Below, piece by piece: positions 1-12,975 of a DNA stretch of 55,679 nucleotides (position 1 is the stretch's first letter; the number at the start of each line of letters is the position of its first letter). The position numbers and the translations under genes were made by a program. The notes under the pieces were generated by a model. That model was not told the origin of the DNA. It did no database searches and worked only from the letters and a program-made list of their open reading frames with translations. This DNA is from Chiloscyllium plagiosum. Its lineage: Eukaryota. The stretch is from the NCBI RefSeq assembly GCF_004010195.1, contig NC_057743.1, positions 13,974,422 to 14,030,100 on the forward strand, in the 5' to 3' direction.

Positions 1-365
1 ATTGGAGAAAAGGAGGAGAAGAGGGGACCTAATTGAGGTATACAAGATAATGAGAGGCATAGATAGGGTCGATAGCCAGAGACTATTTTCCAGCGCAGAA
101 ATGACTAACACGAGGGGTCATAGTTTTAAGCTTGTTGGAGGAAAGTATAGAGGGGATGTCAGAGGCGGGTTCTTTACACAGAGTGTTGTGAGACCATGGA
201 ATGCGTTGCCAGCAGCAGTTGTGGAGGCAGGGTCATTGGGGACATTTAAGAGACTCCTGGACATGCATATGGTCACAGAAATTTGAGGGTGCATACATGA
301 GGATCAGTGGTCGGCACAACATCATGGGCTGAAGGGCCTGTTCTGTGCTGTACTGTTCTATGTTC
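1..365 (+). mobile_element. CR1-clade (HER1-like) LINE 3' end
   Basis: ORF 2..286 RRRRGDLIEVYKIMRG...TRGHSFKL...FFTQSVVRPWNALP is the CR1 ORF2 C-terminus; tail (tgttcta)n. Confidence 0.9.
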
Positions 366-723
366 TATGTTCTATTTTTGTCCATTTTTCTTCTTCTAAA
401 AGATTGGATCCTGTTAGAGAGACTGAATGTCAGATAAGGAACTACCTCAATTGTCTTTACCAAAGAAAGTGAAGTATCCCTGCACCAAACACCAGCATTG
501 CCCCAATCTCCTTTACCCTCACATCTGGCATCAGTTACCAGGAGAAGACTACTGAATAACAGTTCAAGGGGAAAGCATCCTGGTTTCTGAACAGAGGGAA
601 ATGGGCAAGATGTCTGATTGATGAGGATCACTTAGCAGACCAGGACCAAACAGCGACCCGGGTTTCTGACCTGGCCTTAATCACCAATTACAACTGGACT
701 TGTGGTGAGACTTTGACTCTTAC

Positions 724-776
724 TTTTGCTTCTCTTTGAGTTTAACTGGCATCACGTCCTCAGGGGTCCACTTGTC
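724..776 (-). CDS. P3H1: P3H1 coding exon 7 (gene continues beyond the left edge of the window)
   Basis: tttcag|DKWTPEDVMPVKLKEKQ(K)|gtaaga; 53 nt, phase 0-2; resembles P3H1 DSWTPEEVIPKRLQEKQK. Confidence 0.94.
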
Positions 777-897
777 CTGAAATAAAGAGAAAGAAGTTTA
801 ATTGGAAATGAACTATTAGAAATACTGGAGTGAGGTGACATTAAATCCTTACGGCTATTTTCCCAGATGATGCTAAGGCAGCAGACTGGATACTCAC

Positions 898-987
898 TGG
901 ATCTATAAAGGTGACTCCAAAGATCTCATTGGCAAAGTACAGCAACTCCTTCTCCAGTAATGAGTTGTTGATGTATCTCTGGATATT
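898..987 (-). CDS. P3H1: P3H1 coding exon 6
   Basis: tgatag|NIQRYINNSLLEKELLYFANEIFGVTFIDP|gtgagt; 90 nt; resembles P3H1 SLLEKELLFFAYDVFGIPFVDP. Not in the ORF track. Confidence 0.95.
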
Positions 988-1364
988 CTATCAGAAATGA
1001 TCAGAAATTGTCAGATCAGATTAAAACACAGTGGACCTTTGAGGTCATTGCAGGAATTTGATGGCATCTTTAAAAGCACCCGTTGCAGAGAATTGAAAGA
1101 TCCAAAACATTACTAAACAAAAAGCCAAATGAACTGTGGATGCTGGAAGTCAGAAACATTCATAGAATCATAGAATCCCTACAGTGTGGAAACAAGTCAT
1201 TGGGCCCAACAAGTCCACACTGACCCTCCGAAGAGTAACCTTCCCAGACCCCTTCCCCTACCCTACATTTACCCCTGACAGAAACAGAAATTACTGGAAA
1301 AACTCAGCATGTCTGGCAGCTTCTGTGGAGAGAAATCAGAGTTACTGTTTCTTGTCCGGAGGAG

Positions 1365-2270
1365 AAATGATTAGTAAGTTTACAGATGACACCAAATTGG
1401 TGATGTAATGAACAATGAAGAAGGTTTTGTCAGAGTTCAACAGGACATTGACGATATAGGCCAAGGAGTGGTAGATGGAGTTTAATTTAGATAAATGTGA
1501 GGTTAACATTATGGTAAGGCAAACCAGGGCAGAACTGATATACTTAATGGTAGGGTGATGGAGAGTATTACCAAACAAAGAGACCTTGGAGTGCAGATTC
1601 GCAGTTCCTTGAAGATGGAATCACATGTAGAAAGGATAGTGAAGAAGGGGTTGGTATGCTTGCCTTTATTGGTCAGTGCATTGAGTATAGAAGTTGGGAG
1701 GTCATGTTGCGGCTGCATAGGAATTAGTGAGGCCACTTTTGGAATTCTGCATTCAATTCTGGTCTCCCTGCTAAAGGAAACATGTTGTTAAACTTGAAAG
1801 GGTTCAGAAAAGATTTACAAAGATGCTGCTGAGGTTGAAGAGTTCGAGCTATAGGGAGAGGCTGGATAGGCTGGGATACTGGAGGCTGAGGAGTGGCCTT
1901 ATAGAGGTTTATAAAATTGTGAGGGGAATGGATAGGATGAATAGCCAAAGCTTTTCTTTCCCAGGATAGGAGAATCCAAATTTAGAGAGCATTGGTTTAA
2001 GGTGAGAGGGGTAAGATTTAAAAAGTACCTGCAGAGCAACATTTTAATGTAGAGTGGTGTGTGTATGGAATGAGCTGCCAGAGGAAATGGTGGAGGCTGG
2101 TACAACAACAGCATTTAAAAGGCATCTGGATGGGTATATGAATAGGAAGGGTTTAGAGTGATATAGGCCAAATGCTGGCAAATGGGACGAGACTAATTTA
2201 GGATAGCTGGTCAGCATGGATGAGTTGGACCAAAGGGTCTGTTTCGTGCTGTACAACTCAATGACTCTAT
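1365..2270 (+). mobile_element. CR1-clade LINE 3' fragment, degenerate
   Basis: SKFTDDTK and RDLGVQI motifs with frameshifts; typical 3' UTR and tgactcta tail. Confidence 0.88.
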
Positions 2271-2918
2271 GAGCTGAAATGTTAACTCTGATTTCTCTCC
2301 AGAGATGATGCCAGGCCTGCTGAGGTTTTCCATCAATTTCTGTTTTTGCTTCCAAAACATTACGTTGGGTTTGTGCATACCAGTACTTTCCAGCACTGTC
2401 TGTTTTGGGGGTCCTGATGCCCTGCCTAGGAAGCACCACACCGGGTTGGGGAGGGAAAAACGTACGTGACACCACAATCATCTTTATCACAGCTTACTTG
2501 GGCTACCCCATCCAACTCATACACCAGGCACTGTGCCTATCTGCAGACACTGGCAGTGAGAGGTTGGCAACATCTCTCCCATGTCCACAGGGTGTCTGCC
2601 TAGAACCTCTCACCTAAAATACATCGGAACACAGGAGGATAAAGGAATGGGACTCAAGATGGACACATGAAATTAAATTAATATGGGCATGATGAGAGAT
2701 ACCAGCATTGACTAGTTGGGCCAAATGGCCAGGCCAAGATGCTATAATTTGTTTGTAATTCTCTTAAAGGCCCCTACTAGGGAGGGAGAGAGATTAAAAG
2801 TTCTCAATCCTATGGTTGTAAAAGATACTATATAAATGCCACTGGCTTTTGTTTTTTACTTGAAAGAATATTTAATATAAGCAAGATATTGGAGCCTCAG
2901 TATTTGGAACAGATCTAC

Positions 2919-3058
2919 CTCTCTGTGATTGAGAGATGCGGCCTGTTCTTCTCCCAGTACTGCCTGGTAATACTGTAGGTTCTGGTTCATTACTTCATCA
3001 TTGGGATAGAAAAGCAAATAGGTTTTGGCACATTCGATAGCCTTGGAGTAGTCTTCAG
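2919..3058 (-). CDS. P3H1: P3H1 coding exon 5
   Basis: ttccag|(T)EDYSKAIECAKTYLLFYPNDEVMNQNLQYYQAVLGEEQAASLNHRE|gtagat; 140 nt, phase 1-0. Confidence 0.97.
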
Positions 3059-3665
3059 CTGGAATCAGAATAGAAATAAAGTTGTTCAAAGCTCAGCTTC
3101 CAGAATGAGAATGAGTGTTTTAAACGGAAAAGGAAAAGATAATTAAACCCAATAAACAATTTTTTTTATCTCAACAGCAAAACAGAATAGGAAAGTAAAT
3201 GTTTGCCACCTTCTATCCCAACTTTCCAAACACAGTTACGACAACTCTTATTCAATAGTTGGTCATGAATTTAAGCTGGTAAATGCAATCATTATCCAAA
3301 TCTATCATAGCTGATTCACAGAAACAGGCTATTCAGTCCATCATGCCAGTACTAATCAAACAGCTATCCAACTAGCCCCACTGCACTGTCCTTTTGCTGT
3401 AGACCTATTTTTTTTTATCAACTATGTCTAACTATCCCCAAAGCACATTTTTTGTAATCATTACTTCTGGTCACATGGCACTTTCATTGACAACAGATGC
3501 ATTTAATTTACCCACAACATCAGGATTGGTGACACTTCAACCGTTTGAGAGTGAAAGTTTTCTGGAACCCAACTTGCCTACAAGAGCTAACTCCTCCCTC
3601 CCCTGGATCTAGTGAGGTGACACTGTCCCTTTAAGCTGCATTACCAAGGACACTAGACACTCAAC

Positions 3666-3797
3666 TGTTGTAATATGCAAATTGAAGGTAGTCAAAATGG
3701 GTGGGCAGGAAGTCATCAATGGGTGTTTCTCTGTCAGGCCGACTCGCCAGCTCTGTCACACAGTTCTGTTTGCAGTTGAGCACCTGAATATAGTGAT
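3666..3797 (-). CDS. P3H1: P3H1 coding exon 4
   Basis: tttcag|(D)HYIQVLNCKQNCVTELASRPDRETPIDDFLPTHFDYLQFAYYN|gttgag; 132 nt, phase 1-1. Confidence 0.97.
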
Positions 3798-4219
3798 CTG
3801 AAAGTGAAAACAATTGTGAGTAAGATGTACGTATCACTCTGCAACGCACCAATTCCGATCCATTTGCTCCAGATACATTCAACAATCTTTGCAGAGATTT
3901 GGTACATTTCTGTACATGAAGCTGCGGTCACATCCCACGTCAACATTGACATCTCAAGGAGGAGTAGTAAGTGACAATATCAGAGTCATGTCTGGATGTG
4001 TGAAAGATAAGTTATCATTACCAAAGCCTAGCTACACTGTCAATAACAGAGGATTGTACATACCACCTCGGATGGTCTATTTCACGTGCACCCTTCAAAG
4101 TGATTATTTTGGTCTCTACTAGAACAGTTGGAACTGAGCCACACAAACCAAGGAAGTCCCAGATTCAGCTGTGCTCTGCACTAAGTTTAAAGGTCTTTGT
4201 TTGAGAAGCAATTACTTAC

Positions 4220-4525
4220 AGCAGCACATTGGCTCAGTGGCTAGCATGGCTGCCTCACAGTACCAGGGACCTGGGTTCAATCCCACACTTGGGCAACTAT
4301 CTGTGTGGAGTTTGCATATTCTCCCCACGTCTGTGTGAGCTTCCTCCGGGTACTGCAGTTTCCTCCCACAGTCTAAAGATGTGCAGGTTAGGTGGATTGG
4401 CCATGGGAAATGTAGGTTTACATGGACAGGTTGGTGGGTCTGGGTGGGATGGTGTTTAGGAGGGGGTTGGTGTGGATTTGATTAGCCAAATGGCCTGCTT
4501 CCACACTGTAGGGATTCTATGATTA
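4220..4525 (+). mobile_element. HE1-like V-SINE
   Basis: tRNA-like head (tggctcagtgg ... gggttcaatccc), V-domain (ctgtgtggagtttgcatattctcccc...gtttcctcccacagtc) and CR1-like tail. Confidence 0.85.
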
Positions 4526-4619
4526 TATCAGTGACCTGGATCCCAAAGGGGAAATAGAACTTGGACTCCATTGTGTGAAGCCCCACCATTGCATACAAAT
4601 ATAAAGATTGGAGTCATGA

Positions 4620-5110
4620 CACAATTGTACACAGCAAGCTCCCACAACCAACAAAGTGGTAATGGTGAGAGTTTTGTTATAAGTCACATTGGCTGAGGGA
4701 TACGTATTGGCGAGGACACCCAGGAGAACAGTAGGACTCCTCTTGAAACACAGGGTAAAAACAATGACTGCAGATGCTGGAAACCAGATTTTGGATTAGT
4801 GGTGCTGGAAGAGCGCAGCAGTTCAGGCAGCATCCGAGGAGCAGCAAAATCGACGTTTCGGTCAAAAGCCCTTCATCAGGAATCTTGTTGAGAGAGGAGG
4901 AAAACTTCTTCAGTGATGTGATCTTTTAAATTCTCCTCCAAGGCGGACAAAGACTTCAGTTTAGCCACTCAGCTGAAAGGTGTTTCCTCCAACAATGCAG
5001 CACTCTGTTTCTACTGCCTTGGAGCATTAATCTGAATTAGGTGTTCAAATCTACAGAGAGGGACTTAAACCCACTGTCTCAGGGGTACAACTGTTACCAA
5101 ATGAGCTAAC
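4620..5110 (-). mobile_element. DeuSINE (SacSINE1-like) remnant interrupted by a Penelope-type end
   Basis: Reverse-complement Deu-domain-like text (cagcaagctcccaca ... ggacacccaggagaac ... tgcagcactc ... gggacttaaaccca). Related copies at about 25375-25825 and 28380-28790. Confidence 0.55.
4755..4886 (-). mobile_element. Short Penelope-like terminal fragment with hammerhead motif
   Basis: Minus strand reads agattc CTGATGA AGGGC TTTT GACC GAAA CGTC gatttt, followed by the family tail ...ccagcatctgcagtc. Confidence 0.75.
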
Positions 5111-5178
5111 GTTGGAACTGCTGATGAAAGGTTCCCGGACAATATTAACACCTGGAGGGAACGAAATGTAAGTGTTAC

Positions 5179-5368
5179 CTGTTATAGCCTGAAACAGGTC
5201 CGCATTGTATTCCATATAACTGTAACCGTCAAAGTTGTATGGACCCTCACAGAGAGCACGACACTCCATGTCCGCCTTGAAATATTCCCCTAAAGCATTT
5301 TCCAAAAACTCAATTGCTGGCTCAAACTGCTCATCTGAGTAATATCGGACTCCCGTACGGAAAGCTTC
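5179..5368 (-). CDS. P3H1: P3H1 coding exon 3
   Basis: ttttcag|EAFRTGVRYYSDEQFEPAIEFLENALGEYFKADMECRALCEGPYNFDGYSYMEYNADLFQAIT|gtaaca; 190 nt, phase 0-1. Confidence 0.97.
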
Positions 5369-5569
5369 CTGAAAAAAAACAATACAATAAAACTGGGATC
5401 AACAGAATATCAATAGAAGCTAAAGCACGCACAATATACACCCGCCTTTGAGTTTCTGTACATAAGAGCGATCTCTGGCTGTGCAGTACATTGCGGGCAT
5501 AGAGTTCAAAGCACCAATTTTGAAAGTGAGAATGCCAGTTGTAATGTTGGATCAGTAGCAAGTCTTTAC

Positions 5570-5722
5570 CATGTGGGGCTTGGCTTCCAAGTCCCTGAAG
5601 TCGGAATCTTTCACGCCAGCCATCATCCTGTAATACTCCAAATTCTGCCTCATCTCCATGTGTTCAGGGTTCACTACATAGAAGGTGTAAGCTGCAGCCA
5701 CTGCCTTATCCAATTTCTTAAT
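5570..5722 (-). CDS. P3H1: P3H1 coding exon 2
   Basis: ttacag|IKKLDKAVAAAYTFYVVNPEHMEMRQNLEYYRMMAGVKDSDFRDLEAKPHM|gtaaag; 153 nt, phase 0-0. Confidence 0.97.
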
Positions 5723-5904
5723 CTGTAACACAAAACGCATTTTACACACCATCATCAGGGCATCACAGAAAAGAGTATGCAGCAAGTCATAAAGGGAGAG
5801 GTTTTTCAGCGAAAGGCAATCTGATAAATATTTTTCAATGTTTGATTCACAGTCAGAAATGTTCTGCTGTGAACTCACTGCCCGGTTTACTGAGCTCAGA
5901 AATC

Positions 5905-6445
5905 AAGCACTGATGCCATGGTAATCCAGACTAATGTTCTGGGGACATGGGTTAGAATCCCACTATAACTGATGGTGAAATTTGAAGTCAATTTTTAAAA
6001 ATTTGTATTGAAAAGACAGTTAGCAATCAATATTGTAAAAACTCATCAGATTCACTAATGTCCTTTTCGGGAAGGAAATCTGCCATCCTTACCTGGTCTG
6101 GCCCACATGTGACTACAGACCCACAGCAATGTAAGCTGATTCAGTTGCTGTCTGAGTATTTAGGGTTGGCAATAAATGCTGAGAAAAATTTAAAAAGATC
6201 ATGGGGGAATCTTTTTTACACAGAGAGTGGTTCGTGCATGGAATGAACGGTCAGAGAAAGTGGTGGATGCAAGTACAATGTTTAACAGACATTTGGATAA
6301 GTACATGACTAGAAAAGGTTTGAAGGTATATGGGCCAAGCGCAGGCAGGTCGGCCTAGTTTAGTTTGTGACCATGGTTGGTGTCGACCAGTTCGACCGAA
6401 GATTCTGTTTTCATGCAGTATGACTCTTATGATTCAATGACTCTA
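5905..6445 (+). mobile_element. SINE-like repeat (about 5905-6180) followed by a CR1 3' end (about 6180-6445)
   Basis: ttcactaatgtccttt..ggaaggaaatctgccatccttacctggtctgg recurs at about 13390-13640 (+), 19490-19830 (-) and 29555-29862 (-); CR1 3' UTR follows. Confidence 0.65.
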
Positions 6446-7339
6446 TGGTGCAGAGTGAGCTACTTCCTAACAGAGGCAATAGAAGGAGCTCTCTGAGTGG
6501 ATTCAACATTCCTGGTTTGGGAAAGTAAAATGGGCCACAAAGGTTTTCCCATATGGGGCAACCTCAGGATTGAACTCTGCTCACACACTCCCCGTGGCAA
6601 CCCTCAGTGCTGAGGTAAACAAATGAATACTGGCTATTTGGAATCACCCAGAGGCAGGGAGATGGTTCTAGCAAGCAACCCGTGATATCAGTAGGAGGAA
6701 AAAGAAAGACAACAGGAATTTCAAACATGCAAATCAGTCTCATGCTTCAAGCAATATTTTTAAGGAGCTTTAGATTCATTCAGTTCCTCAAGATACAGAA
6801 AGAACTGCAATTTGCCATTTGATAGCAGCTTGAATATCAAAATATAACAGAGCACACATCATAGAATGCATATAGTTGAGAAGAACTCTGGTCCAACGAA
6901 CAAAGGCAAGCTCCCAAGTCGGTGAGTCGATGTCTGAAGGATTGGTTAAAAATGTGGGATTCAAGAAACCTTCTAACTGTGAATAGGGCAGTAAAGAGGC
7001 AGAGAAAATTTAGGGGTTGGGACTTCAGGAATGAGATGATGATGGTCTAATTCTTACTTATTCCCAGTGAAAATCTGGCAATTTAAACTTCATTCCAAAA
7101 AGTGACCAAAGGTTTGTACTCAACATGTTCATGCTTGACTTGAATTGTTTGCAGAACTCAAACCAGTTACAGTGCAGTGTACACCAGCCTGGAATCATGT
7201 GCTAACTTCTGACAAGATTTGTACTGTATTTAGGCTGAAGGTTCCTGTTGATCCATAGCCTGACCTGCAGCAAGGTCTGCCGTGTTACATCCCACAGCTT
7301 GTGTACAGTGTACCTTTCAGAGATATGCTCATGATGTCC

Positions 7340-7855
7340 GTGTACAATTTTGGTCTCCTTACTTGAGAAAGGATGTACTGCAGGGGCTGCAGAGGAGTTT
7401 CTCTGGGTTGATTCTGGATTTGAGAGGGTTGGCTTATGAGAAGAGACTGAGTAGACTTTAATTGTACATCTTGGAATTTAGAAGAAAAAGGTGGGGGGTC
7501 TTATAGAATCATATAAAATCATGAAGGGAATAGATAAGATAGAAGCTCGGAGGTTGTTTCCACTGGCGGGTGAAACTAGAACCAGGGCATTGCCTCAAAA
7601 TAAGGCAGAGCAGATTTGGGACCGAGTTGAGGAGGAACTTCTTCACCCAAAGGGTTGTGAATTCCCTGCCCAGGGAAGCAGTTGAGGGTACATCATTGAA
7701 TATTTTTAGGGCAAAGATAGATTTTTGAACAGTAAAGAAAATAAGGTTATGGTGAGTTGGCGGATAAATGGACCTGAGCCATGATCTTACTGAATGGTGG
7801 ATCAGGCTCGAAGGGCCAGATGGCCTACTCCTGCTCCTATTACTTATGTTCCTAT
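7340..7855 (+). mobile_element. CR1-clade LINE 3' fragment
   Basis: GLIESYKIMKGIDK...LFPLAGETRTR; 3' tail ggcctactcctgctcctat. Confidence 0.85.
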
Positions 7856-10379
7856 ATCATTGCCATATTGTAACAGATGGTATTAAGGTCTCGGATCCGT
7901 GTTAGTTGGGGTCACTTGAAGCATGACATGCTGATGTAGTTATGCTCTATAACTGGCAGCAAAGACTCTAGCTCAGGTCAGACAGTGAATGATAGGTTAG
8001 GTTTTGATCTAACTATTTTCTGCAAATGGTGTGCAACTGTGTGAAATTGATTGCTCAGGAAGGTTCTGACAATTCAGACTTCTGGCAATGTTTTAATTAG
8101 TAACCATAGCATATATGTCTTGTAACTGAAATGACATTGCTATAAGAGAGCAGTGAACCCACCAGGTTACGCACCAAATATAATGTTTCCAACCTGATAT
8201 GTCCCCTTGACCATTCTGAACTAGCATCAAATCCCATGCTTTCAGAGTCTCCTGTACAGCTCTGATAGAAACTACAGATCATTACCATGAAGAATAGGAG
8301 ATTAGATATATTTGGTCAGCAGATTAGGGAGCAATTCATTACTTAACTTTCACAAATACTTTAACAATCTAAGCCCCTTTCTCAGTAACCTCCTTCAGCT
8401 TCAGAACCCTCCGGGGTCTCTATGCTCCTCTTGTTCTTGCCCCTTGCACATTTGTGATTTTCTTTGGACTACCATTGGTATCTTCAGCTACCTAAATCCC
8501 AACCAATTCTTAATTATGTTTCTCTCCCTAACCCTGTCTTCCTTTAAGACACTCCTTAATACGCATCTCCTTAACTGTGCTTTGATTCCTGACTTGTTGG
8601 GATCTTTCTGAGTAATCACTTTCACTCAGTCACACACTATTTGCATGAAATAGTTAAATCAAAACCGGCCATCCACCCTCTCTGTCCTGAGCTGGAATCT
8701 TTACTGCCAGTTGAGAGCACTGCTGCATCTGCAGTCCTCACTGTCTCCTGTGACCTACTCCATATACCATTCTATACCTTTACCTCATAAACTATAATAC
8801 TTTCATGATAACAAAAATCTATCCAATCTCAGATACAAATTTATCGATTGACTTCACATTGATGTTGATCTTGCTTTCATGCACCCCCTGTGCAGCCATG
8901 ACCCTGTGTGCCTCACTCTGTCCAAACACCCTATGATCTACCTGTACTGCAAGCAAAACCCAACTTTTCACTGTACTTAGGCACATGTGGAAATAAATCA
9001 AATCATTTGTGAAAGCAAATTTCAAACATCTACCAGCTTTTGTTTTTAGATATGTTTCCTAGTGTCACTCCTAAAGGTTTAACTTTACTGCGCAATGGCC
9101 CCGATTCAGATTCCCCAAAAGTGTAAAAAAAAAGTTTATTTCAATCTGCCCTTGAAAGCTTTGATCAAAACAGCCCTTTACCCTTCAAAATTCCAGGTCA
9201 TGCAACACCACCCTGTGGGAGTTTTCAACGATTTTCCAAAGCTGGGAGAAGTATGGATGGAGTTGTTGAAGAATCTGAGGACCGTGTAAAATGATGTGAG
9301 GGAAAACGATGCATTAGGCAGGATAAGGAGACTGAAGAAAATTGCAATGAGCTGAAGGAATTTGCAGCAACCAGCTGGCCAGTGGGAGATAGAAGCTGAT
9401 TTATTTTTAAAATTTCTTTTCAGACAGAGTTGGTGAAGTTCTGCAAACCGTGGAAGGGAAGCTACAGGCAGTAAGACAGAGTTACAACTAAGAGCCGGCT
9501 TCTACGTGGCACTCAGGCTAATAGTGGGCTTGGCTGGGGGAGGGAGGGATGGGTGGGAGAGAGGCCCAGCTGCAAGGCATGATTAAAACAGACTCAACAT
9601 ATCACTAGCAGACAGTAAGCTGGGGCAAGCAACATAATGTACCCCATTCAACACTAAACCAAGCAAGTGGGAAAAGAAAAGGGTGTTACTGTCCACAACA
9701 CACCCCAGCCAAAGCTCAGTGGCAGCTCAGACATTTGTATCAAATCTGACATAATCCTATGGGATGCCACAGGGCGGAGAACAGTTTGTACAATCTGCAG
9801 AGTGGAAATAAGAAAACAGAGCATTTGAACTTTCTCTCGACTAGCATTCAGAGCTGAGAGACCATTGCTGGACCGGGATAAAATAAATAACATTCTTCGT
9901 CCCATGTGTCATTTCCTATATCTGCCGGGCAGGGTAGCTGAAAGCATTCCCTACTGTGACACATTCCAGCTCAACTCCAGAAGGTATTTTAATAGCTGGA
10001 GGAGTTGGTAGCTTTGATCATGAAGATGGAACCTGCATTTCTCTGTACTAATGCAGCAAGATCTCTTTTAAAATGTCTGTACTGTTGGAAGAGACCTTGC
10101 TGCATTGGTACAGAGAAATGCAGAGATGTCACCCCAACAGCAGCAGCTCTCACTATCGAGGACAGGAATGTGGTAATCTCCTCCCAAAATTGCAGGAAGA
10201 AGCAAGGTGTGAGTTGTTGATATTGCTGTGGGATTTCAGAAACAAAGAGGTGGACTCATTACAGTAAGAGAGATCAAGATGACTGATTATTGAAAAATGG
10301 CTGTGTGAATCGGTACCAATGCCAGACAGCAAGACATAGACGGGTTTGAAAGCATCTTGGACAATGCAGGTAACATTAC

Positions 10380-10820
10380 CTTGAAATATGCCATTTGCAG
10401 GTAATTGTAGGGGTTCCTCTTCTGGAACTCAAATAGCATCTCCTCGGAGATCTGATGCATGGAGTAAGGCCCCAGCTTCTCTTCCTCACACTGCTTCAGG
10501 CAGTCGGCCTTCTTCAGCACCGTGTTGAAGAAGTTAGTGTCGAAGAAGAAGTTCTGCTCGCTGCTGGAGATGGCAAACCTCGTGTTGTTGTTGCAGAGGG
10601 TCCAGCAATGGACCTTAATCCATCGCAGTTTTACTTGGTTCTGCAGGGCCCTCTCCATGTTGATGATGACCCCTTGCCAGTCATTGCGGTAGTAGGCCTC
10701 CACTGCAGCGCTGAATAGGCGGTCGTATGGTTCCAGTGGTGCCCAGCCTTGCTCCTGTTCTTGGGCCCAGCTCCCGGCAGCCAGGAGGAGGGAGATGGAC
10801 CAAGAGAGCCAGAGGGCCAT
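10380..10820 (-). CDS. P3H1: Prolyl 3-hydroxylase 1, coding exon 1 (signal peptide and two CXXXC motifs)
   Basis: ATG at 10820 gives MALWLSWSISLLLAAGSWAQ (signal peptide) ... WQGVIINMERAL ... CWTLC ... CLKQC ... EFQKRNPYNYLQMAYFK, matching the vertebrate P3H1 N-terminus. Donor AAG|GTAATG; 441 nt, phase 0. Confidence 0.96.
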
Positions 10821-11009
10821 GTCTGGAGAGACAGAGACAGCAAGGGGAGAGGGAGAGAGACAGAAAGAGGGAGAGAGGGAGAGACACAGGCACCGCAGCC
10901 TGGCGAGGAACACAGTTTCAGATGAAATTTGAACTGGAGAAAGAGCTTCCTCCCTGAAGGTGGAGCCTAGGCCTGTCTCCTCCCTGTAGCCACTCACAAC
11001 TGCTCACAA

Positions 11010-11070
11010 ACTCTTTAAACTCAGAATGCTCATGTCATACGGTCAGCATTACGCTCGGGGGGGGCGGGAT
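11010..11070 (-). promoter_or_regulatory. Putative P3H1 core promoter (GC box and TATA-like element)
   Basis: GGGGCGGG at about 11061-11068 and TTTAAA at about 11014-11019, roughly 200-250 nt upstream of the P3H1 ATG. Position and motif only. Confidence 0.35.
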
Positions 11071-11989
11071 TGAGATGGAATCTCCTGAAATGTGGGAGAA
11101 ACAAGGACTTACTTCTGAGAGGTTGAACAAAATTCAAACTACAGGCGGCTGGAGGGGGAAAGGCTTTCAACGCATCAATCCACTTTTGCAAATTTCAGTA
11201 AAAGCGAACTCTCTGGTTGTCTCCCATATCCCTTGTCCCTGATTGCTCCCTTGCTGTCAGATTCCCTCAGACTCAGGATAGTTCGCAATCTTAAACACGC
11301 TTTTAAAGTTTTAATAAGTTCCTGTATATTACACGCCCTTGCTCTCCAAGACAGGGAGCTCCTCAATTTTTATTTTTAGTTGTCCTGGCGACAGTGGGAG
11401 CTCAAAGAGTGCGCAAAAAAAATTAATTTGCAAATCTGGCAGGGATTCATATCCCCTAATCTCAAATGTTGCAGGAAGGGTGAAAGGAACTGGGCACCTC
11501 TGTCCACTTCACTTAAACAATCCCCATGTTACTTTTTGGCACTAAGTAGTTTGAAGAGAGCCTCCACTGAAATATACACATGACTTTTCATCCCTTGTTT
11601 ATATATCTCTGCTGTAGGGAAAGCCTGACTTTGAAAACAGTTGATTCTGATCCGTGTGGGCTCACTGCTCATGGGGGGAGGGGAACTTGAAACTTAGGAG
11701 CTTGGAAATGTAACCCTTTCATTCCCAGTCTGGACTGCCTAGACTTTAATTTTGCCAAGTTGGTACAAGGTGGTATACCTGGCACTGGCAAATCCTTATG
11801 GCCTGCAGGAATAAAAAACTGTCCTCCTAAACATGGAGTTTGTGTGTGTGTGCACAAGACTCTGTTTAGTGCCAATGCCTGCCATAGTTAAATATGCTGT
11901 TCTGGTATGTGTTCAAGGTTCATGAGAGAGGAACAGTTTTTGAAGTGACTTTGCATAAGATGTTATTCCTTCATGCCATCCTCCGGCTA

Positions 11990-12975
11990 TTTTTCCACAT
12001 TCTTGAACATCATTTGTATCTAAATGCCCTCATCCAAAACCCTTTTAAATACTTCAATTAAAACTGCCTCCACCATATATCCAGGCAGTGCATTCCATGC
12101 TCTTAACTCCTCAATGCGTAAAAAAGTTGTTTTCTGAAGTCGACTTTGCTTCTTTTGCACGTCATTTCAAATTTACACCTTCTTGTTCTATTTCCTTTAC
12201 CAAGCAGCGGCATTTTCTCCGTGCTACTTTGCCCAGCCCACTCACGATTATCAAACCTCCTCTCAGCCTTCTTTCCAAGGAAAACAGTCCTAATCCATCC
12301 TCATCACTGAAATTTCTCACCCCGGAACCATTCAAGTCAATCACTTCTGTGCTCTCTCCAATGCATTCACATCTCTCCTTTAGTGTTGCATCCAGAACTG
12401 TCCACTTTATTCCAGCTGAGGTCTAACAAATGCCCAACATCAAGGGGCAGCACAGTGGCTCAGTGGTTAGCACTGCTGCTTCACAGAGCCAGTGACCCGG
12501 GTTCAATTCCCAACTCGGGCAAATGTCTGTGTGGAGTTTGCACATTCTCCCCGTGTCTGCGTGGGTTCCCTCCGGGTGCTCCGGTTTCCTCCTACATTCC
12601 AAAAATGCAGGTCAGGTGAATTGGCCATGCTAAATTGCCCATAGTGTTAGGTGCATTAGGTAGGGGAATGGATCTGGGTGGGTTGCTCTTCGGAGGGTCG
12701 GTGTGGACTTGTTGGGCTGAACGGCCTGTTTCCACACTGTAGGGAATCTAATCTAATAAAACCTCCTAGCACTTGCCTGTTATGCTCCTTAATAAGTCCA
12801 ATTACATTTTATGCTTTATTAACTGTTCTCTCCACCAGTCCTGCCAGCTTCAATGGTCTGTGCCCACATATGCACCCAGGCCCCTTTGTTCCTGCACCCC
12901 CTGTGGAAGTGTACTCACTATTTTCTATTGTCTTTCAATGTTCTTCCAGTCAAAGTGTATCACCTCAGACAATCC
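11990..12975 (-). mobile_element. CR1 fragment interrupted by a plus-strand HE1-like V-SINE (about 12445-12757)
   Basis: Minus ORF LGLFSLERRLRGGLI; full SINE with tRNA head, V-domain and (atcta)n tail nested inside. Confidence 0.8.

Noticed and set aside
5120-5150. CTGATGAAAGG as another hammerhead
   Set aside because: No GAAA core or helix III follows; at most a heavily decayed remnant.
10821-10997. 59-codon N-terminal extension of P3H1 in the ORF track
   Set aside because: It starts at GTG and crosses a CT-rich simple repeat; the signal peptide begins at ATG 10820.
12445-12520. tRNA genes at A/B-box sequences (also near 4225, 14925 and 26515)
   Set aside because: These are SINE heads running straight into the V-domain, with no complete cloverleaf or terminator.
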